DNA of 64,000 nt from Raillietiella orientalis (taxonomy: Eukaryota). A program made the translations under genes and the position numbers. Positions 34,400 to 46,990 of the stretch are shown here, in pieces. The stretch is from the NCBI GenBank assembly GCA_036172245.1, contig JAYWIR010000036.1, forward strand, positions 1,426,001 to 1,490,000. The letters run 5' to 3'. Numbering within the stretch: the stretch's first letter is position 1; the number at the start of each line of letters is the position of its first letter. The notes below the pieces were generated by a model. It made no database searches. It was given only the letters and a program-made list of their open reading frames with translations, and was not told the origin of the DNA.

Positions 34400-36500
34400 C
34401 GGGGTTCCTCGGGTTTCCTTCCTCTTTGGTGCCGAGCGCCACATGGTTTCACTGTCTTCTGTTCCCTTTGGAGAAACGGCCAGTGGAAGCCGGAGGACTT
34501 CGGGTCGGCGCCGTCGCAGGCCATTGCCCGGACGTCGCCGACCATGGGGGTTTGGGGCACCAGGTTATTAACCGAGCACCCGGCCGCATGAGAGAATGCT
34601 GCAGTCGTCCTCTGCCGCGAGATCATGGACCAACGACGAAAGAGCAGCTGCTCCAAGTCCGAAAAAACTGGATGGCAAGGCAAGGTCGACCCTCGTGACC
34701 CAGAAGCATCCTCCCGAAGCGGGGTTCGTGCGTGCGCTCGAAGAGCCTTTGGTCGCCGACGCTGCCCCCCCGCCGCTACCAGCGTCTTGGAATTCTTCAG
34801 CGTCTTCTCCTCGCGTCCACAAACGGAGATCCCTGCTGGCACGCCCTCCTTCGTCTCCCACTAGCTCGTTCGAGCGGAGAAGGATGCCCGCATGGGGTCG
34901 AGAAGGGGCGGTCGGAAGATCTTCCGGGGGTTCCTTCAGAGTCCAAGTGAGGACGGACGACGTCTCTTTTCTTCGCTTTAAGGAGCAACTCAGTCCCAAG
35001 AAAGCCCTGTGGATCCCTCCCGTTCTGTGGTCCAAGCTGACTTTCGTGTCTGTCCTTCGTGTTTTCTGGAGGGAAAGAGACCACCCTCTCGCCGCTCATG
35101 CGGTCTCCGGGATGCGCACCCTGGAACCGAAGTTCGCAGTTCCTGCAAGCTGGAAGCCGGCAAGTCCAGTCCTCGGTTGTGACCTCCGCCGGCCAAACTG
35201 ACCCGAGCAGCAGCAGCAGAGCGCGCGCCTATCCGTGGTTGCAGGGGAGCCCCCCCAGCTATCACGTTTCCCTGGAAATCTTTGCGATCTCCGGAAGGCT
35301 CAGAGGCGTTTCGTTGACTACCATCGCATCCGGGCACGTGCCGTTCCGCGTTCTATGGCAAGTGAGGTCCCTGAGGAATGGGGACCTCGATCCGTTCCGC
35401 AGGGCGACCGGGGACACGCGGGTCGACCCCTCGTTCTGCCCCCTCGGATGCGTGGAGGTCCCGAAAAATCCTTCTTGCGGAATTTCTCTCTTCCGAAAGG
35501 GGAAGAGGGAAGTAAGGAGGAATCCAGGCAATGGCACGTCCCCCCCTTCCCCTCCATCCGCGAGCTCGGTCCAGCGTCCGCATCCGTGAGCCCGGAGGAC
35601 GGACGGAGCACAGGGTGGCGGTGATCCAGCGACAGGATCTCCAAACCTCTCTCCCGCATCCAACGGCTGGACCGAACGCGAGCGGAAGGGAGGGGAGGGG
35701 GAGGGAGACACATGAGGTGTGACTGCCTCAGGAAGAACCCGAGAGCCTCGGGCCGTCGCATCGCGAGGACTCTGAAAAGGAAGGCAGTCGGGGGCGGCTT
35801 GGGTCGGCTGACCCCTCCTCGCTGCGTGCCTACCCGCAAGCGGGAGAAGCTTTCCTTCGCCTCGGAAAACTGCGAAGAAGGGGGGCGGGAGGTACCTCGA
35901 AGGAGCGGACGCCTCTTGGGATATCCCGCGTTCCTCGGAACTTCTTCCTTCCAGTTCTCGAAGCTCCACCTTCTTCCCCCTCCCCTCCACCCTTCCCTTT
36001 CAGAAAGATGCGTCGCCCGCGGTTGTCAAAAGGGCACTGCAGCGCATGCCAGCGGTCGAGAGCCGCCTGCAGGTGGCTCACCAGGTGGCGAGCCGCAGGA
36101 TCCTCCGTCGGAGTGGATGGTGCAGCGGATGCTCGTGTTCTTGTCTCAGGGTACGCTGCCGATCCTGGTGGTCCTGGACGATTGCGGGAAAGCTTCAAGC
36201 CGCGTGCGCATCGTGCCCCGAAGAGGTTCGGGAAGACCTGCAGTCGGGATTCCACTCTCTCGGCAAGGTCGCGGACCGCGTCGCACCTCCTGGCGATGCT
36301 CTCCCACCTCGACCACGCGCCCCCTGTGAGCCTTGCCAGGCTGGTCCACAGGGATGACCCGCTTCCGTCCACGACACCTTCTCAGGGAGGAGCCTTGGCC
36401 CCCCCTCGAAAGTGCCGGGCGCGCCTGGCGCTCCTCCCGGGCGGACGCCACATCCTGGATGCTGTGTTACCCGCAGACCCGTGCGGGACGACTGGCCGTG
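34400..36500 (+). mobile_element. Decayed L1/Tx1 ORF2 fragment in serpin intron 2
   Basis: RARAYPWLQGSPPSY (EN-RT linker RxRxxWxxxGE) at ~35220; ILVVLDDCGKASSRV (LDxxKAFDRV) at ~36160; LVHRDDPLP (GVRQGDPLSP) at ~36345. Confidence 0.5.
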
Positions 36501-37204
36501 CGGTGATCACGACGGGGGCGGCGGCGGGTGACCGCCGTTGTAGTGCCTGCTGCGCTCCCCGCAATGGCGGCGGCGGAGGTGGCGGCGCGCCATTCTGGAC
36601 GCACCGCTCACACGCTCTCGACGGCGCTGCCGCGATCCCCTCCCCCCTTGCTCTATCAAGACTTTCCCTTTGGCTCCGGAAGCAGACGCGCCGGCGAGAA
36701 GGGTCAGCTCGTTGGTGAACTGTGCCTCAGGGCAAAGTTCCTTTGCCGAGAGTTCTCCTGTTTCACTGCTTTCCTTCTAGCCTTTTTTGGGGGGGAATGG
36801 AGGTCTCAAGAAGTTCCGAAGAGTTGTAAGCCTCCTTAGGAGGGAGGGGGAGCTCCTGAAGCCACCGGAGGGAGCGGATAATCCTTCAAGTTGAGGGCGG
36901 AGAACCGGGAGGGGACCATCCTGTGAGTCCAGGAAGGTTTCGGAGGAAGGAGTCGGTTCCTCTCTTACACTTGGGAGGGATCGTTGCCCTGGTAGTCTCC
37001 AAAGGGAACCCTGAAGGAAACCACCGCTTCCTCATCCTCTCTAGAGAAGGCGCCCCTGAAATCGCTTCTCCGAAGGGAACCCGTCAGGGAACCGCTCCCT
37101 GTTTCCTCCTATGAAGGCGCTCCTAGAAGGGAACAGCGCGCTTCCTGACACTCTGGAGAGACAACTCCCAAGGGGGATATCCGCCAGCTCCATCGCGCGG
37201 CTCC

Positions 37205-37490
37205 ATTTCCATGAATGGAGGGGAACCACCCCGGAGAGCTCCTTGATTCCTGTAAGGGACCATGGAGGGTCAGCTTCCAATCCCGACCAGTCAACAGGGG
37301 GTTTCCGACTTCCACGAGTGCCGCACCCAAAGCCCGTTGGTCCACCAGATCCATCCTGTGGGGATAGGGGAAACAGAAACCCACGAAGCACCCTTCATCT
37401 CTAGGCATCGATCCTTCCCCGGGTGGGATTCGAACCCGCGACGCTCGTGCCGCGAGCGCGGCAACCGCAACCGCACGACCGCCGGCCGTT
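37205..37490 (-). mobile_element. tRNA-derived SINE, copy A
   Basis: Pol III B-box GGTTCGAATCCC at 37436-37425. The downstream ~220 bp is homologous to 53160-53430 (e.g. GGAAGCTGACCCTCCATGGTCCCTTACAGGAATCA vs GGAAGTTAACCCTCCGGGGTCCCTTCCAGGAATCA). Confidence 0.7.
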
Positions 37491-38204
37491 GGACCGGTTG
37501 GCGGCCGCGTTGCCACGGTCTCCGAGTCGGAAGGCTGGGCGGGATGTTGTCGCGCCGCCTATGCGCGCACAGCACCGCTCTCAAAGACGCGGGAAATCCT
37601 GGAGTCCTGCCGCTTCGGCGAGCGCGAGTGCGCCGAACTCCAAGGCGTCGAGGACGTGCCGGTTGCGAAGACCAGCACCGGCGGACGGTTCCACTCTTCC
37701 GCAAATTGCCGATGTGGGAAGTAGCCCTTGGCGGGTTGCCGGTCTCGCGGGGCGTCGCCCGGCTGTCAGGTCTGACCCTGCGGAGTGCTAGCCTCCGCAG
37801 ACCGGAAATCGCGCCCTCTATCTCGAGGCTGGACGCCGGAGGGCTCCGGTCAGGAAGAGCGTGCCGGGAGGCGTGTGGAGGACTCTCCTCCACACACCTC
37901 CCGGCGCCTGGAGACGCGGAAGGGAGCAGTGGTTCCTGCCTTCCTGGCAGTCGGCCGCCGGGATGTCGCCCGACGTTGCGGATGCTCCACGGTTCTTTTC
38001 GTACACGGTGAACTGGTGACTGAACTGGCCCCGAACCCGGGATGGGCGGTCTTTTGCTCCTTTTCTCCCTGCCCTCCGGAAACAGTCGTGCGCGTTTGCT
38101 TCCAGGAGCGCGCGTCGCGTCGCACGCTCCTGGCTGGAAAACGGCCCTTCCTGCCTTCCCCGTGCCTGCTGGTTAACGCCTGCGTCGTCTTCCCATGGTT
38201 CCAG

Positions 38205-38831
38205 GTCAGCTGGAAGGACGACCTGAACGTGACCTCGGGGAAGATGGACTTCATCCTCTACAAGAAGAGGCGGAAGATAGTCAGCGTGCCCAGCGTAAGG
38301 ATAAAAGGCCGCCTGCAGTTCAACTACGACGCGGACGATGACGTCACAGTCGCTGAGATCCCGCTAAAGGACGGCAGAGTCAGTCTGCTGGTGGCCGTTC
38401 CCGGCCACACCAACTCCTTCAACGTGGGCGGCCTGACGAATCTCCTCCACGGCCTGGACAAGAACCGCTGGTCCCGCCTCGTGAACTCCCTGGCTCCGCG
38501 TGACATCACCTTGGAGATGCCCTGCATCGACCAGCTCTCCCGGACAAACATGACGGGCGTGCTGCAGAGGCTGGGGATGAGGACCCTCTTCCTAGACAGC
38601 GACTTCTCCGGGATCAACGGGCGCCACAACCTCGCGCTCGGGGATGCTTTCCAGGTCTCCCACCTTTCCCTGAACGCCGGGGGCGGGGACGGAGACGGCG
38701 ACCTTGTCTCCGGCGGTGGACCGGCCGTCAAGTTCAACAGGGATTTCTTGTACGCCGTGAGGCACAGCGCCTCCGGCTTCATTTCCTACTTAGGAACGTT
38801 CCTGGGGCCTCAAGTGGACAGGCGCCAGTGA
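38205..38831 (+). CDS. Serpin gene exon 3 (C-terminal serpin domain)
   Basis: TTCCAG acceptor, phase 0. Splicing gives TTFQ|VSW (the serpin YFKGxW motif), followed by SLLVAVP, LEMP, VLQRLGMRTLF..SDFSGI and VKFNRDFLYAVRHSASGFISYLGTFLGP. Confidence 0.9.
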   Translation, partial: VSWKDDLNVTSGKMDFILYKKRRKIVSVPSVRIKGRLQFNYDADDDVTVAEIPLKDGRVSLLVAVPGHTNSFNVGGLTNLLHGLDKNRWSRLVNSLAPRDITLEMPCIDQLSRTNMTGVLQRLGMRTLFLDSDFSGINGRHNLALGDAFQVSHLSLNAGGGDGDGDLVSGGGPAVKFNRDFLYAVRHSASGFISYLGTFLGPQVDRRQ

Positions 38832-40699
38832 ACTCAGTGACAAGTCAGACCACTGCCACCACCCTCCTCTAAAAATCAAAACAAAAAAAAAAAAAAAGGA
38901 ACAGAAATGCTCCATGACTTTGAATCCACGAAGAGGAACCTCCTGGCTGATCTTGCGGACCCCTGAGGCGCTTCCCGGAGAGGAGACGATTGGACTTTCC
39001 TCCCGCCCGTTCGGCTCCTTCCACGCCCGGCTCGCATCTCGGACAAGCGGACACTCAGCAGAGCCCTTTCGCCCCTGCACCACCATCGTCCCGGCACCTC
39101 GCTCCCTACGCGGCGGCGGTAGGCTTCGGGCAAGGAGCAGCTATCGAGTCTTCTCGCGTCCTCGACCGACCCCAGCACATTCTCATCCGCTCCTCGTTAC
39201 CTCCCCTGCGGAGGACGGGGAAGGAAGCCGCCATTCCCCTTCATCTCCCCCCCTTCCTACCTTCATTCCTCTCCCACGGAAGGAAGCACCCCAGATCCTG
39301 CTCCCCAGGGCAACCGCCGCACGTGATTGCAATGACGACGGCCGCCGACGTCACGATAACCTGTTCCTACCGGCGCCAGTGCCCTCCGCTCCCGTCTGGC
39401 GTTCCAATCCCAGGCAGAAGACAGCGGAGGGAATTTCGGAGGCAGAGACGATGACGTCTTGGATGGGGAACGCCCTGAGGGGGCAATAAAAATGCTTCAC
39501 GTACGCAAAGGTCCTCGCGTACCATACGATGAGAGGCAGGGGTCAGGGTCCGGGTCGAGGGAACGGGGAGAGGTGCAAAGGTCTCGACCTCGGAGTGCAG
39601 AGGATACTGCCCCCTTCTCTTGTCTTCCAGAATCCTCCCCTCCTCCCCTCAACACCCGGACCGACCCCTCCAGCAACTCGTCGCTCGCGGGGGGTCGGAA
39701 GCGGACCGTCGCCAGGAAGCATCTTCAAGGCCGTGCTTCTCCTGAACCACCGTGGGATCACCTCGCTACCAGCCGCCCCTTGTGCTCACGTTCCTCCGCA
39801 AGGCGGCGAACGGCGAGGTCTCTGTGACCGGTGGCCCCGGAGTGGAAATCTTCCGACTTTCAGCTCGAGCTCCGAGGAAGTGAGGGAAGGGAGAGGAAGG
39901 CAATTCCAGGACGAACGAGAGGGACGGGATAAAGAAGCTGGGGGAAGAAGGAGGGGACCTGCAAGGTGGTCACAAGCAGCAGCAGCAGTTTCCCCTTGCA
40001 GCGCGCAGCAAACTCGTCGCCTGAGAAACGCGCAGCGGAAAGCGAAACCGAGAGACGGACTGCTGCACTCATCCGCCTGAGGCGTCTCCGGCGTCGCGGG
40101 TTCCGCGAGATGCAGATGGAAGGAGGCCGAACGCCTACCTCCGGAAGCAGATCGCGTACCGTCGCGTGCCGGAAGACTTTGGCACCCCTGAACAACTTCC
40201 GAGTCCGAGGTTGCGGGCGGCAGGAGGGAGTCCCGAACACCTCCTCAGATCCTTCGGGGTTGCCATCGGGAAAGCGGTTAACTCGCTCACATTTCTTGGA
40301 AACCTCGTAGGGCACCGTCCCTCGGTTCTTTGCCTGATGGCCGGGGACAGATGTGACTTCGGAGTCGTCGCCCACTCACCCATTCTGGGGTCCGTTCGCA
40401 TCCTCAAATGACCCTCGGCTTCGCCCACGAGCGACGCTCGCTGAAGTTCCCGTGCCGACTCGAATCCCGTCGTTCCAAAGGGTCGTCGCCCCCTTCCGCG
40501 GTCATCGAGGCGAAACGCCAGTGCCCAGCATGCCAGCGGTCTCCCCAGCAACTCCGCTCGTCCATTCCGCCAAGATTCGCGCCTCTCGGGATTCGAACTG
40601 GGGTCTTCCTAGGCGTTCGAGCGTGTTGCTTAGGAAGACCCCAGTTCTAATGGTGGGCTGCCGCATGCGCTTTGGGGTCGTCGGTTCGCCGATCGCTCG

Positions 40700-41830
40700 G
40701 GAACGGCGCAGCTTCATATCACGAGGACGTTGGGCAGCGCTGACACACGGGAGCTCAGCCGGTTCTTCCGTTGTTACTGTGGGAGGGATGATGCTGGCAT
40801 CCGGAGCCGTCGACCTACGAGGGTTCGTTGGTTCGTTGGCGCGGGTGCACCGGCTGTCGCCGGATCCGCGTGCGATGTCACATGAGGACCAGGGAGAGCC
40901 GAGGGCGCTGCTCCTGCTGGTGAAGGTCCAGCGCTACCGTCTGGTGGCGGCGGCGCCAACGTGCTACCCCGAGGAGTGCTACTGGAGGTTGCGCGGAGGC
41001 ACCATTTGCAGCACCAGCAAATGACGCACTCTGGTGCAATCGAAACTGGGATGACGGCGAAGGCGCAGAGGTGCTGATGCAGTTTACCGCCTGAAACGAC
41101 GAGGCTAACAGGAGGGAGGTCCCCACTTCCTATTGGCGTGCTGCAAGGTGGCACGGTGAGTGATAGCCGCGGCTTCGTTGACGTCGTGAACTGTGGCGGA
41201 GGCATCAGAGGTGGCAAAGACGAGGAGGAGGAAGGGAGGACGTCGGTTTGGAGTCTTGAAACGACACTCCCGTCGCCAAGGAGACGGTGGAGCACGTGAC
41301 GAGGTTTCACAGACAAGATCCCGGTTCTGCACCGCATAAGGGAAGTGGCGTACTGCCTGTGGGTGGCCGGGTTTGAACGAAGAGAGAAAGTTGTGCTTGA
41401 GGATGTTCCGCGCGCTAGACCATGGATCCCCTTGCCCTCCGTCCTACAACTACTGGATCTCATAGGCGGCAGCGCTGGAATGGAGACCCGTTTGGGCGCT
41501 TCGCGGGCGTCGGCTGATCACAGCCCAGTGGACGGAGCAAAGTTTAGCTTTCTACTTTCCTGGACGATGGAACTCTGCCCGGGGAGCCAACGAAGCCTCA
41601 ATAGCAAGGAGATGATGCGGAACGCAACCGCGCACTTCCCCTTTGCCAATCACTGCTGGTGGCGCATCGTACCGCGCGCACAGTCCTCGAAGAACGCTGG
41701 GAATAATTCTGAGCAAGTGCAAAGTGGGGGAGCGTGCTTTCCCCCCTGATCTTCGAGCGGGACTCCTCTACGTCATTTCCGAGCACCGTGGGACACTGGA
41801 GCGGCTCGAAAACGCCGCCACGTGACCCTT
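40700..41830 (+). mobile_element. Decayed L1/Tx1 fragment (start of endonuclease), cut by SINE copy C
   Basis: LGIILSK...DLRAGLLYV...GTLERLENAA resembles the APE pattern GVxIL...DxxGRxLxV...LxNVYAP. Confidence 0.35.
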
Positions 41831-41859
41831 CCTCTGTTCACGTGCAACCCGAATGCGCG

Positions 41860-42100
41860 TGAAGCGGGGAGGGAGCCTCGAAGGAACCAGCCCGGATTCC
41901 CAGCAAGTCCATGGGAGCATGAGGTTGGCGGCGCTGGCGCGTCCCACCGATGCTCATACGAAGCCGCTAGCTAACCTTAGAGGCATCTTGCAGGGAGGCA
42001 CAAAATCCACGACCCATGCGACGCGCCCCTTGTGGGAGGGAGGCAGATATTCGAACCCGTGGCACAAGGTGCCGCGTGACCGCACAGCCACGGGAAGCTG
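41860..42100 (-). mobile_element. tRNA-derived SINE, more diverged copy C
   Basis: A-box-like TGGCTGTGCGG and B-box-like GGGTTCGAAT on the minus strand; patchy body similarity to copies A and B. Confidence 0.45.
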
Positions 42101-43039
42101 TGGGAAGTCGCCGAGATGGTCGACGTCACGATGCGGATTCTGCTAGGTTCGTGCGAATCCTTATCGTAGGGAGGTCACCAAAGGTCACCCCTCCGCACCG
42201 CTTCACAGGGAGACAAGGAGGACAAGCTCGCCGCAAAAGTCAACTTGCTTCGAAGCTTGACCCCATCCCGCATCCCATCTTGACCTCTCTTCCTCAGTCT
42301 CCCTTCAGATGCTGCCTTTGCATGCTGGCGGGTAAGTCTCAATTCCCTCCTTCCACCTTGAGCAGGAAACCCCGATGGTGCATTTGTAGGCACCCCAACG
42401 GCATGGAGGGCAAAGATCTCTGACACTCCCTCGTCTCTGGTCGGAGGATACTCATCTCGATGGATGCTCCGGACTACTGAGTGGGCAACTGAAGGAAGAT
42501 GGCTGCCTTTGCATTGCCGCGAGGAGTCGTCGTAGCAGCTCGCCCTCTGGTCGGTGACCACAAAACCCAATCCCTGCACATGTCTTCCTCTCGGAAGGTA
42601 AGCCGCCGCTTCGCGTGAGCTCTGCGGCGCAGACGAAGCCGAACGAGCTGCGCCGTCCTGCATCTACATCCAGAAAGGAAGAAGTCCTGCGCGCAGTCGC
42701 GCGTCCTCTTCCCGCTGCAAGGAAACACCCTCAGGTCGTGCTCGCGCCTCAGAAGAAGACGCCTCATGTGCTCTCACCGCAAAAGTCGCTCAGGTGACCT
42801 GTTGAAGAACTCCTGGAGATCATCGGAAAGCTCCAGAGATCACTCGATCGTTTCCCATAGAGACTGACTTTCACAGTTGCAAATGTGACGGTGGAACGCA
42901 CAGGCGCTCGGTGGAGGACAGCAGTCCTCCTCTTCTTTCACGGATTTCCTGGATTTCATTTTGCATTTTTTTTGTTTGTTTCCGCTTCGAGCGATGTCCT
43001 ATATTCTCACTCTGATATGCCGGGACGTTGATTTATAAA

Positions 43040-44100
43040 TTAAAGAAACATTTGCAATTCTGTGGTGGTCCAACCCCGTCCTTTTTCGATGGAACCTGCC
43101 GCTTTACCGGTTCGCAGACTGGTAGGGTTCACCACGAAAGCAGAGGGGAGGAGGCAAACAAAAGGAAAAAGAAACAAAAAATAAAAAGAAAACAAATTGG
43201 GGTGTCAGGGTGAGGGCAAGGGATCACTGTCTGCTGAAGGTGACCTCTGCATCCTTTGGAGAATGTCAGCAAGGTCTTGCTGGATATTGCTGACCATCTC
43301 GTTGCCGTCCTGATGAATCGGACGGCGAAGTGGACGGCATCCTCCTTGCTGTGCCCTTTTCTTGCGTCACTCCAGGCAGCGACGATCCCGCGTAGACAGC
43401 ACAAGGCTGCTAAGGAGGCTGCCGGCCGAAGTCCGTCGCTAACGAGGAGGGGTTTTAAAGCGGCCCTGGCTCCGGTGATTCCAAGGGTCGCAGCAAAGCG
43501 TTCCCAGAGGGACCGGAACGCAACATAGTCCATTAGCAGGTGCGAGAGGGATTCACTCTCCCAGCGCCTGCCGCAATTGGGGTCCACACATCCCCGTGTC
43601 CAGTGATGCCGACGGGTCCAGTGCAGGAGCAGCAGCGCCGACTCCAGCCACTTCAGTAGGAGAATATGTCTGTCCTAAAGCGCTGGGGGCCACTGCAGAT
43701 CTTCCACCGGAATTCCCAGTAGCTCAGCAACGTCCTGGAGGAGATTCTGGGATGAAACGGTGGTAAGTGGGATCCTAACTCAAGACTCTTTCGCTCTTCA
43801 AGGTCAGGAAGATCCTCACTCAAAAATAAATGTGTGTAAGGACCACGGACTCTGGAAGCACTGGGCGGTGCTTTCTTTGAGGAAGGAGAGCTCGGCATCC
43901 AAGGAGGGAGGTGTGCATTCCTCCCACCCACCCACCTCCCGGAAGTGCATCCGAGACACCGAGGTTCGTGCTGAGCAGGGTTGCCGCCTCCCTCGCTCTC
44001 TTCCACACCTTCCAGTGGACGTCAAGTTCCCGGACGCGACAGCAGCCAAACACTTCCCAAGGGGTAACACTTTCCATGAGGTCCTCCGGAAAAGCTCCAG
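43040..44100 (-). mobile_element. 3' fragment of the same L1/Tx1 family as 22450-25495
   Basis: DPNCGRRWESESLSHLLMDYVAFRSLWERFAATLG...LAALCCLRGIVAAWS is homologous to NPNCVGCGERESLPHLLVDCVALQLLWERFAAALG...LAVLCCLRRIVAAWS. The 3'UTRs (T-tract and following ~100 bp) also align. Confidence 0.8.
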
Positions 44101-45179
44101 TTGCTTTTTTTGTGTGTGTGCGTATCTGTGTAGGCAAAATCTCAGCAGCCGAATTCTGGAAATTTCGTTCCTGTTCAACACAAGAAGAATCAAAGGCCAA
44201 AAAAAAAAAAACTTCGAGATCTGTGTGTTTTGATTGGAGGAAAGAATTTCATTTTTTTTTTTTTTTTTCTCTCCTCGGGGAGGCGAGACGCGGAAAACAT
44301 GAAGCGTTCTTTGCTCTCGCCTCCTAGGAGCGAAGAGCTGCGATGAGCGTGCATTTCGTGGCACGTCTTCCAAATTGTGTAGGAGTAGCACATTTCCAAG
44401 GTAAACAAGAGCGGGGCCGAGTGTTAAATTGCGCTATTTATAAACCGACCGCACCTTTGATCGAAGCCTCCTCCTCCAAGGGATGCTGAGAACCTCCTTG
44501 ACGCGATCCGCCTCGCGAGAGTGAAGTGGGCACATCGAATGACCGGAGCGTGTGGCTGATGGCGAGCTGAAAGTAGCGCACCCAGTCACGAAGCAATTGG
44601 GTGGCCCATCTCGATGCGAAAGTTCGGTGACACGAATTCGCCTCCAGGATACCTCGAACAGTACTTCGTCGAGTCTCTGTTTACTGTTTGATCCCGAGGT
44701 GAAACGGCGGCGAGCAGCTGTTCAACGACTTTCCCGAAAGAGAAGCCTTCAGGGATAATTGCCAGCGATTGGGAGGGAAGCGTTACCTTCTTGTTGTTTA
44801 CCTTTTGCCATTTTGCGAAACTCAAAGTCGGCGAAAGAACTGTTAAGCTTGCGCGAATTGATAGCACTGGCCGGAAGTGCGTAAAGACCGCTCCGCCGGG
44901 CTTCGCGAAGACTCTGGACTCGGAATTGCTGCGATGATGATGGCGCTGTGGAATTTGACCTGAATTCTTTCGATGCAAGCGCTGTTCCGAAACACCCAGT
45001 TCCGCGGGTGAAGGCGAGCCAACGCGAGCAGCTCGGGGAGAAGAGGCGAAATCCGGAACTGAGATTCTTTTCGGAAAAGACTTTCAGAACAAGAGCCCGC
45101 CGGTGCTGAGGAAGCCCCGCGCCCGGTCAGGTCGGACCGCAAGACGAGCTCCTTCGGCGAGGCACGCACGCATCTCGAA

Positions 45180-45214
45180 AACGCTTCTCGGCCTTCTGGC
45201 TAAGATCGAAGTGT
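45180..45214 (+). pseudogene. U2 snRNA 5' fragment (~35 nt), truncated
   Basis: AACGCTTCTCGGCCTTCTGGCTAAGATCGAAGTGT vs the U2 5' end ATCGCTTCTCGGCCTT(A/T)TGGCTAAGATCAAAGTGT. Similarity stops before the AGTATCTG branch-point region. Confidence 0.75.
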
Positions 45215-46962
45215 TGCCCGTCTTAAGACCGAAAGTCGGTGATTTCGGTCTCCCGGGGTGTTCTTAACGCGCATGACCTCCGCGGTTTTTTCCGGTGGTC
45301 AGCGCCAGCTTTTTCTCACGCATTCCGAAAAGCGGTCCTCGCGTGAAGGCGTCGCTAAACAGCAACGGGGAATACGGCCGCTAGCATCTCGCGCCGAGCG
45401 GCGGCGTTTATTTATAGCGGTTGCCACGGCGACAGTGGTAAACAAAGATCGTAATACCGCAGGAAAACGAATTAGCAATGCATCGGTAACAACCTCGGAT
45501 TCTGGCTGCGGGCGTTTCTTTTCTTTTCTTTTTCCTTTCCAAGCGGAGCGTGTCACGTGACTGCCCACATGGCGCCGCCGCCGCGTTTGGCGGATGTTGG
45601 AAATCAGTTTTGGGTCCTGTCAGGAACTGTTCCAGGTAACGATGTGACAGTGCTCCGCTGCACAATTACAATGGGTGGTTCTCGTTCAAAGAGTGAAAGT
45701 AAGGAAGAGATTGGATAGACCAAAATGGTCATGAACACATGACGGTTTCTCTGGCCCCCTTTTCCTCCATCTTCTTCTTCCTTTCCGAAAGCCACGCTTC
45801 ACGCTGGGGAGTGAATGTGGGTTCCAGAGAGGGGCTCCGGAGGGAGTGCCTGCTTTGCGCGGCGCGAAAGGGTGGCGGGAACGTTTTCGGGCACGCTCCG
45901 ATGCTGCCGAACTCCTTCGCCCTTTCGGGCCTGAAGGAAACGCAGCGGGGTCCTCTACTAAGCTCCCTTCAGCTCAGGGGGAGCTTCCCCTCTTCTCGTC
46001 TGCTGCTGATAGAGCTGTCCCTGCAGAAGCCGCCCGTGGGGAGACCAGCTTGCCACCCGAGAGGTAGCCCTTGGACCCACAACAGAAAGCCCACTCAGAC
46101 GAAAGACCCCTTTCTACGCCTTTCCTCGCCTTCCGAACGAGGGTTCTTTCCGTAGAGCGAAGAAGCGGACTAGCCTCCCTGAGTGTGGATCCCGTGGGTC
46201 TCCCTGCGGAGCCCCCGACAACCGAAAATTGCGGGAAGCCGCATCCCACCCTCTCCTGGCGACCCAGCGGCAACATCGCACCGACGCCGTTGCCATCCTG
46301 CACGTCGTGTTCTCAGGGCACGCGGTCGCCGGATGCCTAGCGCTGGGGCTCTCCCTCCATCCCGCTATCCGTGTCGAGCGAAACCCCTCGGTTTTCCCCC
46401 CGAGGCGTGCGCCTCCGGAGAACTCTTCGGCGTGAAGAGACCTCCCCAAGAGAGCGGGTGCAGGGGTCGCTGCCCCACATCGGAAGCGACCTGTTGGGCG
46501 TCTCGGTCGATGGGCTGGTCAATGCCCCTCTGGTGGCGTCCCTGCACCTCTGGACTCGCATGCGACCGACGCCCTCCGCCCCGAGGCGGAAGTCACGCGA
46601 AGGAGACCCGGACGAGGCTTCGGCCAGGAGTGTCGCCTTCGCCTCGGGGGACCAACGGAAGACTATACTTCCTACTGCCGGTGGCGAGAGGTCACCTTCT
46701 CGGCCGTTTCCACAGCTCGAGTGACCTCACCCAATCCAAGTGCCGCCACGAGGGCAGAGCTCGTGGCCCCCGACGTCGTGCAGAGAGTGACGTAGGGCGT
46801 GCCAGAAGCGAGGGAGAAGGGCTTACAACGCTCCGCCGTCGCAGGGAATGAGGAGAGCAGACCCCCAGTGGCGGCACCGGAGGGTTGGGAAGATACACTT
46901 CCATCCGGGGGCTAGGGGGCAGCATCTTCCCCGAGCGGCTTCCGAGAAAAGGCAGGTGCTCT

Positions 46963-46990
46963 GCTTCTCGGCTTTTTGGCCAAGATCAAA
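46963..46990 (+). pseudogene. U2 snRNA 5' fragment (~28 nt), truncated
   Basis: GCTTCTCGGCTTTTTGGCCAAGATCAAA, two to three mismatches to the U2 5' end. Confidence 0.6.

Noticed and set aside
37400..37490. Possible tRNA gene (GGTTCGAATCCC), also at 53160-53200
   Set aside because: No complete cloverleaf, and the B-box is joined to a ~220-bp body shared between copies, so these are SINEs.
44934..45061. Possible C/D-box snoRNA (ATGATGA...CTGA)
   Set aside because: No terminal stem or recognisable rRNA guide, and the motifs are short and common.
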